A stretch of 64,000 nt of DNA from Candidatus Eiseniibacteriota bacterium (GTDB lineage Bacteria > Eisenbacteria > RBG-16-71-46 > CAIMUX01 > VGJL01): NCBI GenBank assembly GCA_041946735.1, contig JBHGAY010000004.1, positions 5,425 through 69,424 on the forward strand. The letters are read 5' to 3'. Positions 18,272 to 27,461 of the stretch are shown here, one piece after another. The notes under the pieces were generated by a model. That model had not been told where the DNA came from and did not search any database. It saw only the letters and a list, made by a program, of their open reading frames with translations. Every line of letters begins with the position of its first letter. Position 1 is the stretch's first letter. The position numbers were made by a program, and so were the translations under genes.

Positions 18272-18967
18272 CTACCGGAAGCTCTGCTTGACCTTCCCCC
18301 AGGTCGTGTTCTGCGTCGCGACCGGGTTGTATATGGTGAGCGAGAGGTCGTCCCAGTAGACCGGGCTGGCGCTGTTGGCGAAGAGGTCGATGCAGGCGAT
18401 GTCCAGAACGCCACCGCCGCTGACCCCGTCCGTCCAGCTCTTCTGGTACAGCATCTGTCCGTTGAAGTAGAAGGTCTGGATGTTCAGATCGAGATCGATG
18501 ATCACGTAGACTTCGACCCACTGGTCGTAGACCAGCGGAAGGGTGTCGGTCTCCGGATCGGAGACGATGATGTCGTTGGCGCCGTCGAAGTAGACCTGCG
18601 AGGACCAGTTGTACGGACCGCCGTCATTGTACGTGTTCAGCAGGAGGATGTAGTTGATCCCGCTGAGCGACGACGGAATGTACACCCAACCCCTGAGCTC
18701 GTTGACCCCGGACGTGTAGCCGTCCCACTCGTGCACGATGTCGGTCGCGCCCGTGATGGAGACGGAGTTCGAGGGGCTGTGCGAGTAGAGATCGGTCACG
18801 TAGGCATCGGCGGCGGGGTTGCCGTCCCAGCCGTGCCATCCGCCCTGTCCGTGAAGTCCGCTTCCGACGACGTAGGAATCGAAGTTCTCGAACCAATCGG
18901 CCGAGGCGATCCCAGGAAGCGCCGCGAAGGCCAGAATCGAGCAGAACAGTAGTAGCTTGTGCTTCAT
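18272..18967 (-). CDS. Small secreted jelly-roll lectin-like protein with conserved C-terminal TTWGKVKQSFR tail (paralogue B)
   Basis: ATG 18967 with AGGAGGAG RBS. Signal peptide MKHKLLLFCSILAFAALPGIASA. C-terminus ...VYWDDLSLTIYNPVATQNTTWGKVKQSFR. A terminator follows. Confidence 0.7.
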   Translation of the reverse strand: MKHKLLLFCSILAFAALPGIASADWFENFDSYVVGSGLHGQGGWHGWDGNPAADAYVTDLYSHSPSNSVSITGATDIVHEWDGYTSGVNELRGWVYIPSSLSGINYILLLNTYNDGGPYNWSSQVYFDGANDIIVSDPETDTLPLVYDQWVEVYVIIDLDLNIQTFYFNGQMLYQKSWTDGVSGGGVLDIACIDLFANSASPVYWDDLSLTIYNPVATQNTTWGKVKQSFR

Positions 18968-19290
18968 GAGCCACTCCTCCTGATCGTTGTTGCCGAGCCC
19001 GGGCGATTCTCCGGCCGATCTTTTCAGCCGGAGCGAGCGCTCCATTGGCAGCGCACCAATGGTACCACGCCGCCGGTGGCAGAGGGTCGCAAAACGTGCG
19101 GGGACCGGGCACTAGCCGGCCGCAGTGTCGCCTCTATTTGACAATCGACCAGCCCCCTCCGGGACTCCCGTCATGAACGGTTCGCCGGGCTCCCCGGACC
19201 GCGGACCGCGGCGCCCGGACCGCGGGTGTCAAACGGCGGCGCGGGCCGAAAGCCGTACGACAGCGGACGGACGAGCGGACCCCCGGCGGG

Positions 19291-20586
19291 CTACAACAGC
19301 AGCAACGGCAAGCGAGACTGCCGGTTGCTGAGCCACTCGCACCCGCCGGCCGTCACGCGGACCATCTCCTCGAGCCCAATGTAGCCGTGCCCTTCGGCTA
19401 CGGCGCCCAGCTCGAGCGTGTAGACCTGCCCTTCCTCGAGCGGGATCTCCGGCAGCCGGCCGTACCTTTCCCATCGCGGACCGAGAAGGCCTCCGCCGTC
19501 ATGCGCCATGCGGCCGACCTGGTGCCCGGTCGCGTGCATGTACTCGGGGTAGCCGCGTGAGACGAGCAGGCTTCGCGCCGCCTCGTCGACCCGCCAGCCC
19601 TCGATTCCCGGACGGATGCGGGCGGCCGCGGCGGAGATCGCGTCGTGGACCGCGCAGAAGACGGCCGAGACGGCGGGCGGAATCGGCGCCTGCTCGGGCG
19701 GCGCGGCATGGGGGCCTGAGGAGGTCCGGGCGGCGGCAGCGGTCCCACCGGCGTCGGAGGCCGCTCCGGCGGCGGAGGTGGCGCCGGCGGCGAGCCAGCA
19801 GCGTTGCAGATCGGAGGCATAGCCGTCGCGGAGGACGCCGAGGTCGATGTGCAGGACATGGCCGGGCGCCAGCGCGATCGCGGGCGACGGGATCCCGTGG
19901 CCGATCATCGAGTCGGGACCGATGTTCACGATCGGGTCCGACGCGCGGCTCCAGGAGAAGCCGAGACCGCGCGCCTCGATCGTCTGATGGACGAAGTCGA
20001 AGATCTGTTTCTCGGTCTTGCCTGCGGCGCAGAACGTCTCGACTTCCTCGAAGATCCGATCGGTCTCCCCGATCGCGAGACGGATGCGCTCGATCTCCTC
20101 TTCGCTCTTGCGGGAGCGGAGGCTCGCCAGCACCGGCTCGGCGCTGGCGAGCGAGCCTTCGAAGCGAGTCCCGGCAAGGATGTCGCAGAGGACGAGGTAC
20201 ATCCCGTGCGTCAGACCGTCCGCCTTCTCGTCCTCGAGCGAGTAGTTGACGGCGATGCGAGGCGGCCCCGGGCGGCCGGCCGGGACCAGGCGGTCGAGGA
20301 CGCCGAGGAGCTGCGGGCGGATCGATTCGTCGTAACCGATCACCTCATCCCAGTCGCCGGAGGCGCGGAGCGGGTCGGCGTCGTAGCGACCGGCGATCGC
20401 GATCTTGCGGCCGTCCCGCGAGACGAGGAGCGCGCTCTGCCAGGTGAGGCTTCCTTCGAGGATGAGCGGCAGGGCCGGATCGCCTCCGTCGGCGGTCTCG
20501 CGCACGAAGGTCAGCCAAAGGTCGAAGCCGGCCTCGCGCACGAGCGAGACGGCCTGCGTGAGCTTCTCGGACGTCAACGATCCCAT
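19291..20586 (-). CDS. M24-family metallopeptidase (Xaa-Pro aminopeptidase / creatinase-like) with Ala/Gly-rich insertion
   Basis: ATG 20586 with GGGAGAGAG upstream. The creatinase-like N-domain, then the pita-bread fold with metal-ligand context (HGIGHGIPS..., ...MHATGHQVGRMAHDGG, YTLELGAVAEGHGYIGLEEMV). Confidence 0.8.
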   Translation of the reverse strand: MGSLTSEKLTQAVSLVREAGFDLWLTFVRETADGGDPALPLILEGSLTWQSALLVSRDGRKIAIAGRYDADPLRASGDWDEVIGYDESIRPQLLGVLDRLVPAGRPGPPRIAVNYSLEDEKADGLTHGMYLVLCDILAGTRFEGSLASAEPVLASLRSRKSEEEIERIRLAIGETDRIFEEVETFCAAGKTEKQIFDFVHQTIEARGLGFSWSRASDPIVNIGPDSMIGHGIPSPAIALAPGHVLHIDLGVLRDGYASDLQRCWLAAGATSAAGAASDAGGTAAAARTSSGPHAAPPEQAPIPPAVSAVFCAVHDAISAAAARIRPGIEGWRVDEAARSLLVSRGYPEYMHATGHQVGRMAHDGGGLLGPRWERYGRLPEIPLEEGQVYTLELGAVAEGHGYIGLEEMVRVTAGGCEWLSNRQSRLPLLLL

Positions 20587-20712
20587 GATCTCTCTCCCAT
20601 GCCGGGCGCAAAGGCTCGGTATCGATTTCGCGCCGCCACGGCGCCGCTGGCGCAGCCCTCTTCGTCCGCGGCGATCTCAGCGCTCCGCTAACGATCAGCG
20701 CTCCGCTGACGA

Positions 20713-21771
20713 TCAGCGCTCCGCGTCGATCCGCAGGAGCACCTTCCCGACGTTCTCGTTCCGCTGGAGGATCGCGTGAGCCTCCTCCGCTCGCTCGACG
20801 GGAAGGATCGCGTGCACGATCGGCCGGATCGCCCCCGCTTCGAAACGGGGCCAGAGCGCGCGTCGCATCCGCTCGAGGATCGCCGCCTTCTCGCCAGCGG
20901 GACGGGAACGCAGGACGCTCCCGATGATGCGCAGCCGCCTCGAGAGCAGCGGGCGGAGATCGATCCTCGCCTCTCCACCCCGCATCAGGCCGACCACGAT
21001 CCACCGTCCGCCGGGATTGAGCAAGGTCAGCATCCCCCCCAGATCCTCGCCGCCGAGGCAATCGAGGACCACGTCGATCCCCGGCGCGGGCGGCGCGGCC
21101 GGCGCTGCCGGTGGCGGCGCGGCCTCCGCGGGCGGGCGGGCGAGCGAGCGCAACCGCTCCAGGACGTCCTCGCGGTGGCGATCGATGACGACGTCGGCGC
21201 CCAGGGCACGCACCCGCTCCGCCTTCGGCTCGGAGCCGACCGTCGTGACGATGCGGGCCCCTCGGTCCTTCGCGATCTGGATCGCCGCCGTCCCTACGCC
21301 GCTCGCGCCCGCGTGGACGACAACCGTCTCCCCGCGCGCGAGCCGTCCCTCGAGCACGAGGTTCAGGAAGGCGGTGGTGAACGCTTCGGGGATCGCGGCG
21401 GCCTCCTCGATCGACAGTCCCGCCGGGATCGGGAGGACGTGGCGCGCGTCGACGGCGACCTTCTCCGCGTAGCCTCCCCCCGACAGGAGGCAGCAGACGG
21501 GATCGCCGGGATGCCACGCCGGCGTCGCCGCGGCCCGGCCGATTCGAGCGAGTGGAGCGCCGGCCGACTCGATATTGCCGGCCGCTTCGAGCCCCATCCA
21601 CTCGGGAGCGCCGGCGGGAGGCGGGTAGAGCCCGCGACGCTGGAGCAGGTCGCCCCGGTTGACGCCGCAGGCGCGGACGCGCACGACCACTTCGCCGGGG
21701 CCCGGGACCGGATCGGGGACTTCGCTCCACCGCAGGCTCCGGTCGTCCGGGTCGATCATGATTGCGCGCAT
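20713..21771 (-). CDS. NAD(P)H:quinone oxidoreductase, MDR/zinc-ADH superfamily (Qor-like)
   Basis: ATG 21771 with GGCGAGGAGGGA RBS. MRAIMIDPDD...LRWSEVPDPVPGPGEVVVRVRACGVNRGDLLQRRGLYPPP...VVHAGASGVGTAAIQIAKDRGARIV is the Qor signature. Confidence 0.8.
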   Translation of the reverse strand: MRAIMIDPDDRSLRWSEVPDPVPGPGEVVVRVRACGVNRGDLLQRRGLYPPPAGAPEWMGLEAAGNIESAGAPLARIGRAAATPAWHPGDPVCCLLSGGGYAEKVAVDARHVLPIPAGLSIEEAAAIPEAFTTAFLNLVLEGRLARGETVVVHAGASGVGTAAIQIAKDRGARIVTTVGSEPKAERVRALGADVVIDRHREDVLERLRSLARPPAEAAPPPAAPAAPPAPGIDVVLDCLGGEDLGGMLTLLNPGGRWIVVGLMRGGEARIDLRPLLSRRLRIIGSVLRSRPAGEKAAILERMRRALWPRFEAGAIRPIVHAILPVERAEEAHAILQRNENVGKVLLRIDAER

Positions 21772-21972
21772 CGATCCCTCCTCGCCCTCTCGGCAGCCGC
21801 TCACGGCGCTCCCGGCCGCTCTCGAGCCCGGAATCCGCCGGCGCGCACGAGGGCAGCTTCGAGCCTCGCGTGCGCCGGTATCCTACCAAGCGCATCACGA
21901 TCCCGAGAGCCGGCCGCTTCCCCGGAAGTCCCATCGTCGCTATGCTCTCGCGAGTATTGCCTTCGAGAGGAG

Positions 21973-23967
21973 ATGGCGATCTTGCAGAGCGTTCCATCGA
22001 TCGACTACCAGGAGCTCGGCTTGAAGGCCGGGCTCGAGGTCCACCAGCAGCTCCTGACCGACACGAAGATGTTCTGCCACTGCCCCGCCGGCCGCTACAC
22101 GGAGACCCACGATGGGGAAGTGCTGCGGCACATGCGTCCCACGCTTTCCGAGCTGGGGGAGTACGACGGGACGGCGCTCATGGAGTTCCGGACCAAGAAG
22201 AACATCATCTACCTGCTGCACAAGGAAAACGTCTGCACTTACGAAATGGACGACACGCCCCCCTTCCTGGTCAATCAGGAAGCGATCGACATCGCGATCG
22301 AGCAGTGTTTGATGCTGGGGTGCGACATCGTCGACGAGGTGCACATCGCGCGCAAGCAGTACCTCGACGGATCGATCCCGACCGGCTTCCAGCGCACGGC
22401 GATCGTGGGCGTCAACGGCAGGCTTCCGTTTCGCGGCCGCGAGATCTCGATCACGCAGGTCAGCGTCGAGGAGGATTCGTGCCGGGAGGTCTCGGACCGC
22501 GGGCACCTGATCGTCTGGCGGACGGACCGGCTCGGCATGCCGCTCATCGAGACGGTGACAGGTCCCGACCTGCGCACTCCCGAGGAGGTCGAGGAGGCGA
22601 TCCTGCTGATCGGGCGCGTGTGCCGGAGCACCGGGCACGTGCGGGTCGGGATCGGCGCGAGCCGGCAGGACGTCAATGTCTCGGTGCGCGGCGGGCGGCG
22701 GGTGGAAATCAAGGGGGTGCCGCAGGCGCATTGGGCGAGGCGTCTCGTCCACGGCGAAGCGATCCGCCAATGGAACCTGCTGCGGCTGCGAGACGATCTG
22801 CGCCGGCGCGGCTTCGAGAAGCCGGCAGATCTCCGCATCGACGGCTTCAACGTCACCGACGTCTTCGCGGCGAGCGCGCTGCAGCAGCTGCGGGCCGAAT
22901 CGTGGGAGCGCTGGGTGGCGACGACCGGCCGGCGGGTGGGCTTCGAGTTGCGGCCGGGACCGTTCTGCGTGCGCGCCATCCTCTTGAAGGGCCTCGCCGG
23001 CGCGCTGAGCTGGCCGACGCAGCCGGACTTGACGTTCGCCGCCGAGCTGGCGGGACGCGTGCGGGTGATCGCCGGGCTCGATCAGGCGCCGATCCTCTAT
23101 CACGACGAGAAGTGGCCGGACTACGAGGGCTCGGTCGCCGAGTTGCGGCGGGTTCGCAACCGCCTTCGCTGCGATCCCGGCGATGCGATCGTCGTCGTCT
23201 GGGGGTCCGAAGAGGACACGATCACGGCGATGGAGGAGATCCGCACCCGCTTCGCCGACGCGCTCGACGGCGTCCCGAACGAGACGCGGCAGCCGTTCCA
23301 GGATGGGCGGACCGATTTCGAGCGCATCCTTCCGGGACCCGACCGGATGTATCCGGATACCGACAGCCCTCCGTCGCTCGTCACGCGCGAGCGCGTCGAG
23401 CGGTTGCGCCGCGATCTCGCGCCGCGCCCGTGGGAGCGGGAGGCGCGCTACGCGGCGGCCGGGGTGCCGCTCCCCACGATCCACTACCTGATCCGCCGCA
23501 ACGGCGCCGCTCTCGTCGACCGCGTCGCGGAATCGTGCGGGGCCGACCTGCGACATGCCTGCTTCTTCTTCGGCGAGCGGCTGAAGGGACTCCGCAGGGC
23601 GGGGATCGCGGTCCGTTCGATCCCCGAGGAGCGATGGTGCGAGCTGTTCCGAGCGATCGCGGAGCGGCCGATCTTGCGCGAAGCCTGGGAAGTCCTCGTG
23701 CGGAAGATGGCGAGCGCGCCGCCGGCCAGTGTCGCGGAGATCCTCGCGACCGAGGGGCTCGGCGCGGCGCCGGCGCGCTGGCGGGAGATCGTGGACAGAC
23801 AGATCGACGCGGCTCGGAGAGATCTCTACGAAGAGGATCCCGGCCGGCTGCGGCGTCTTGCGATGGGAAGGTGCATGGCGGTCCTTCGCGGGAAGGTGCC
23901 CGCGAAGGAGGTGGCGGCGGCGCTGGACGAGAGCCTCGCGGCGAGGAGCGTGCATGGCCGGGGATGA
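21973..23967 (+). CDS. gatE: Glutamyl-tRNA(Gln) amidotransferase subunit E (archaeal-type GatE)
   Basis: ATG 21973 with GAGAGGAG RBS. MAILQSVPSIDYQELGLKAGLEVHQQLLTDTKMFCHCP matches the GatE N-terminus (M..DY.KLGLK.GLEIHQQL.T..KLFC.CP). It is about 664 aa, longer than GatB, and is followed by an asparaginase-like partner. Confidence 0.8.
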   Translation: MAILQSVPSIDYQELGLKAGLEVHQQLLTDTKMFCHCPAGRYTETHDGEVLRHMRPTLSELGEYDGTALMEFRTKKNIIYLLHKENVCTYEMDDTPPFLVNQEAIDIAIEQCLMLGCDIVDEVHIARKQYLDGSIPTGFQRTAIVGVNGRLPFRGREISITQVSVEEDSCREVSDRGHLIVWRTDRLGMPLIETVTGPDLRTPEEVEEAILLIGRVCRSTGHVRVGIGASRQDVNVSVRGGRRVEIKGVPQAHWARRLVHGEAIRQWNLLRLRDDLRRRGFEKPADLRIDGFNVTDVFAASALQQLRAESWERWVATTGRRVGFELRPGPFCVRAILLKGLAGALSWPTQPDLTFAAELAGRVRVIAGLDQAPILYHDEKWPDYEGSVAELRRVRNRLRCDPGDAIVVVWGSEEDTITAMEEIRTRFADALDGVPNETRQPFQDGRTDFERILPGPDRMYPDTDSPPSLVTRERVERLRRDLAPRPWEREARYAAAGVPLPTIHYLIRRNGAALVDRVAESCGADLRHACFFFGERLKGLRRAGIAVRSIPEERWCELFRAIAERPILREAWEVLVRKMASAPPASVAEILATEGLGAAPARWREIVDRQIDAARRDLYEEDPGRLRRLAMGRCMAVLRGKVPAKEVAAALDESLAARSVHGRG

Positions 23968-25342
23968 CCTGAAGGGATACAAGGGGCGGGCGCGGGCGAA
24001 GCTGGCCGAGCTGGGCGTACGCGTCTGGAGCGACGTGCGCCTGCGCAACGACGCGGGGAGCGTGTTCGAGGGGGTGATCCTGCCGCGGAGCGAGACGCTC
24101 GACGACGCGCATGTCGTGATCAAGATGAAGAACGGCTACAACGTCGGCGTGCACATCGACCGGATCGCGGAGGTGCAGGAGGTCGGCTACAAGGAAGCGG
24201 TCTACAAGATCCCCGAGAAGGAATTCCCGCGGCGCCCCGACCTGCCGTCGGTCACGCTGCTCGGAACCGGCGGGACGATCGCCTCTCGCCTGGACTACCG
24301 GACCGGAGCGGTCATCCCCGCCTTCACGCCGGGCGAGTTGTACGGCGCCGTTCCGGAGCTGGCGGACATCTGCAATCTCACGACGAAGAAGATCTTCGGC
24401 GTCTTCTCCGAGAACATGTCGAAGGATCAGTACATCGAGCTGGCGCAAGCGATCGGCGCGGAGATCGAGGGGGGAGCCGACGGGATCGTAATCGGCCATG
24501 GCACCGACACGATGGGGCACACCGCCGCGATTCTCTCCTTCATGGTGCAGAACTCCCCGGTGCCGATCGTCCTGGTCGGATCGCAGCGCTCGAGCGACCG
24601 CCCGTCGAGTGACGCCGCGCTGAACCTGATCCATTCCGTCCGGTCGGCGGCATACGGCGAAATCGCCGAGGTCGTCATCTGCATGTTCGGGCCGACCTCC
24701 GACCGCTACGGGCTGCTTCATCGCGGGACGCGATGCCGCAAGATGCACAGCTCCTACCGCAGCACGTTCCGGACGGTGGGAGACACTCCGCTCGCGACGG
24801 TGAGCCGCGACGAGTTTTCCTACCTGACGGCAGACTTCCGCCGGCGGGACCGTTCGCGGAAGGTCGTCGTCGATCCGGTCTACGACGACCGGGCCACGAT
24901 CCTCTACTACTACCCGGGTATGCGTCCGGATCTCGTCGATGCGCTCGTCGAGAAGGGGTATCGCGGGATCGTGATAGCCGGGACCGGCCTCGGCCACGTG
25001 AACAAGCCGCTCTACCCGGCGTTGAAGCGCGCGGTCGCCGCGGGCGTGCATATCGTCATGACCGTGCAAACGCTCTGGGGATATGCGCAGATGTATGTCT
25101 ACGACACGGGGCGCGACCTGATCGACATCGGCGTCGTGCCGCTCGACAACATGCTCCCCGAGACCGCGCTGATGAAGCTCTCCTGGGTGCTCGCTCACAC
25201 GGACGACCACGACGAGGTGATGCGAATGATGCGTCGCTCCATCAGCCACGAGATCACCTCGCGGGAGCCGCACAACGGGTACCTGATCCTTCAGGGAGGG
25301 CTGCCCGACACCGAGGAGTTCATCGCTTCGCACTGGAAGTAG
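23954..25342 (+). CDS. gatD: Glutamyl-tRNA(Gln) amidotransferase subunit D (GatD, L-asparaginase-like)
   Basis: ATG 23954 overlaps the gatE end by 14 nt. The asparaginase catalytic motif LLGTGGTIAS and HGTDTM are present, with a GatD-type N-terminal extension (KGYKGRARAKLAELGVRVWSDVRLRNDAG...). Confidence 0.8.
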   Translation: MAGDDLKGYKGRARAKLAELGVRVWSDVRLRNDAGSVFEGVILPRSETLDDAHVVIKMKNGYNVGVHIDRIAEVQEVGYKEAVYKIPEKEFPRRPDLPSVTLLGTGGTIASRLDYRTGAVIPAFTPGELYGAVPELADICNLTTKKIFGVFSENMSKDQYIELAQAIGAEIEGGADGIVIGHGTDTMGHTAAILSFMVQNSPVPIVLVGSQRSSDRPSSDAALNLIHSVRSAAYGEIAEVVICMFGPTSDRYGLLHRGTRCRKMHSSYRSTFRTVGDTPLATVSRDEFSYLTADFRRRDRSRKVVVDPVYDDRATILYYYPGMRPDLVDALVEKGYRGIVIAGTGLGHVNKPLYPALKRAVAAGVHIVMTVQTLWGYAQMYVYDTGRDLIDIGVVPLDNMLPETALMKLSWVLAHTDDHDEVMRMMRRSISHEITSREPHNGYLILQGGLPDTEEFIASHWK

Positions 25343-25444
25343 GCGCGGGTGGGCGGTCGGCTGGCTGGCGGCCGGCGGACGGCCGGCGGGCTGGCTGGCT
25401 CGGACGATGGGCCGGCGGCTGGCGCCCCGGGCCTGCGCGCCATC

Positions 25445-26425
25445 TCAGCCGCGAAGCTTCCGATCGAGCCGGGTTGTCAGCTCGGCGTACGAGTAGCCGA
25501 GGCTCGGGCAGGCGTTGGCCTCCGCGATCCGTTCGAGAAGCGTATCGAGGACGCGGTCGCCCTCCCACCGAGTGCCGACGAGATAGCGCCGGCGCGGATC
25601 CGGGTCGAACAGCGCATGCAGAATCGCGTCGGCCACCCGATCGGGGGGTGAAGGCTTCCGGTTCGTTTCGCTCTCCGGCTCCTCGGACTCCGTCTCGACC
25701 GCACCGTCCCCGCCTTCGGGCCGCCCCTCGCTCTCCGGTCCCCCAGCCCTCTCGGATCCCGCATCGCTCTCCGTCTCCGGCGGCTCCAGGGCCCGTGCGA
25801 TCGCCTGCGCCTCCACATCGAACGGCGCGGGAGCCCGGCGGAAGCGGGCGAGGTCCCCGGCTATCGAGTTCGCGCCGATCGACGTCACCACCCCGCCCGG
25901 CTGGACGATGCTCACCCTCATCCCGAACGGCCGTGCCTCCTCGTCGAGCGCCGTCGTGAGCGCCTCGAGGGCGTGCTTCGTCATCGTGTACGGACCGAAC
26001 AGCTTCTTGCTGATCATCCCGCCCTGCGAGCCGACGTTCACGATCCGCCCGCGCGATCGAAGGAGCAGCGGAAGGAATGCCCGGCTCACGCGCAGTGGGC
26101 CGAGCGCGTTGATCGAGAAGATCTCCTCGAGTTCGGCGTCGGTCCACGACGCGATGGGGCCGATCCCACCGACTCCGGCGTTGTTCACCAGGCCCCAGAG
26201 CCCGGCGTCGTCCTCCTCGACCCGGCGGACGGCGGCTTCGATCTCCGCGGAGTCCCGGACGTCGAGGCGAACGGGAACGGTGTTCGGCAACGCATCGAGC
26301 GCGCGGAGGTCCTCCTCGCGGCGCGCAGTGGCGTAGACCCGGCGGCCGAGACCCGACAGCCTCCGAGCCAGGCAGAAACCGATGCCGCTGCTCGATCCGG
26401 TGACGAGAATTGCGCCTTCCTGCAT
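25445..26425 (-). CDS. Short-chain dehydrogenase/reductase (SDR) with acidic low-complexity insertion
   Basis: ATG 26425. ILVTGSSSGIGFCLARRL (TGxxxGxG), NNAG, and YxxxK context (GPYTMTKHALEAL) are present. The insertion is EPPETESDAGSERAGGPESEGRPEGGDGAVETESEEPESE. Confidence 0.8.
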   Translation of the reverse strand: MQEGAILVTGSSSGIGFCLARRLSGLGRRVYATARREEDLRALDALPNTVPVRLDVRDSAEIEAAVRRVEEDDAGLWGLVNNAGVGGIGPIASWTDAELEEIFSINALGPLRVSRAFLPLLLRSRGRIVNVGSQGGMISKKLFGPYTMTKHALEALTTALDEEARPFGMRVSIVQPGGVVTSIGANSIAGDLARFRRAPAPFDVEAQAIARALEPPETESDAGSERAGGPESEGRPEGGDGAVETESEEPESETNRKPSPPDRVADAILHALFDPDPRRRYLVGTRWEGDRVLDTLLERIAEANACPSLGYSYAELTTRLDRKLRG

Positions 26426-26688
26426 GCGCACTGCTTCCCCCTTCTCTCTCTCCCCTTCGCCTCCCCCAGCAAGACCGCCCGCGCGTTCGCTCGGCTCCAC
26501 AGGAGCATGACCGCCGCGAGGATAACCGCCTGTCGACGGTTCGCCCCACCCTGCTCTAGAATCGCCCGTTCGAATGCCGGCCCCCTTCGGCCCTCATGGC
26601 CGCTCCGCAACCGCCGGCAGACCGTCCCGGTGCGTCGAACGGCGCATCGGACCAGTGACCAAGCAACAAGACCGATGAGGTGAAGTAG

Positions 26689-27321
26689 ATGAACCGTTTC
26701 CATGAAAGCGTTCGCGTGCTGCGCGGGCTCTCGATTCTTTCCGGGCTCGTCCTCGCTCTCGGCAGCGCCTCGATCGTCCGTGCGCAAGAAGCGCCCGGCG
26801 GCATGTCCGAAGAGGAAATGATGAAGAAGATGACCGAGCTGGCGACCCCCGGGGAGCAGCACCAGCGGCTCGCGCGTCTCGTTGGCAACTGGAAGACGAG
26901 TGTCAAGATGTGGATGGGGCCGGGGGAGCCGACCACCTCTTCCGGCACGGCGACGTGCGAGAGCGTCCTCGGCGGGCGGTATGTCCAGAGCCGTCACACC
27001 GGCAATTTCGGCGGCATGCCGTTCGAGGGACTCGGGATCGACGGCTACGACAACGCGAAGAAGCAGTACTTCAGCGCCTGGTTCGACAATATGGGAACGG
27101 GAATGATGACGATGACGGGGCAGCCGAGCAGCGACGGAGATGGCATGACCTACACGGGCACAAGTTTCGAGCCCATGCAGGGAAGAGATGTCAAGATCCG
27201 AGAGGAGGTTCGCTGGCTCGACCCGAACAAGTACGTCTTCACGATGTACATGGAGATGCCCGGGCAGGACGGGAAGCTCCAGGAGATGCGCGTCATGGAG
27301 ATGACGGCCGAGCGGCAGTAG
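26689..27321 (+). CDS. Secreted DUF1579-like protein
   Basis: ATG 26689. Signal peptide MNRFHESVRVLRGLSILSGLVLALGSASIVRA. HQRLARLVGNWKTSVKMWMGPGEPTTSSGTATCESVLGGRYVQ...GLGIDGYDNAKKQYFSAWFDNMGTGMM resembles DUF1579. Confidence 0.6.
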   Translation: MNRFHESVRVLRGLSILSGLVLALGSASIVRAQEAPGGMSEEEMMKKMTELATPGEQHQRLARLVGNWKTSVKMWMGPGEPTTSSGTATCESVLGGRYVQSRHTGNFGGMPFEGLGIDGYDNAKKQYFSAWFDNMGTGMMTMTGQPSSDGDGMTYTGTSFEPMQGRDVKIREEVRWLDPNKYVFTMYMEMPGQDGKLQEMRVMEMTAERQ

Positions 27322-27461
27322 CTGTCGCGGCGGCAGTAGCAGTCGGAGCGGCAGGAGCCCCGTAGGAGGGGCAGCCGCTTCCCTCGCGCGGCGCTTGCAC
27401 ACCGGCCGCCGGGCCACCATCGGGATGGCGCGGCGGCCGGATCACTCGGCGCTTTCCTCCG

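Noticed and set aside
19138-19143. Consensus TTGACA hexamer in the B/M24 intergenic region
   Set aside because: No acceptable -10 element lies at 16-19 nt spacing on either strand.
20776-23967. 1063-aa ORF fused upstream of gatE, and the antisense ORFs 21940..24123 (-) and 23381..25333 (-)
   Set aside because: Only the part from ATG 21973 matches GatE. The upstream part is antisense to the Qor gene. The minus-strand ORFs are shadows of gatE and gatD.
25343-25444. GGCTGGC-rich repeats after gatD
   Set aside because: They are imperfect and not a clean hairpin or repeat array. They are probably compositional.
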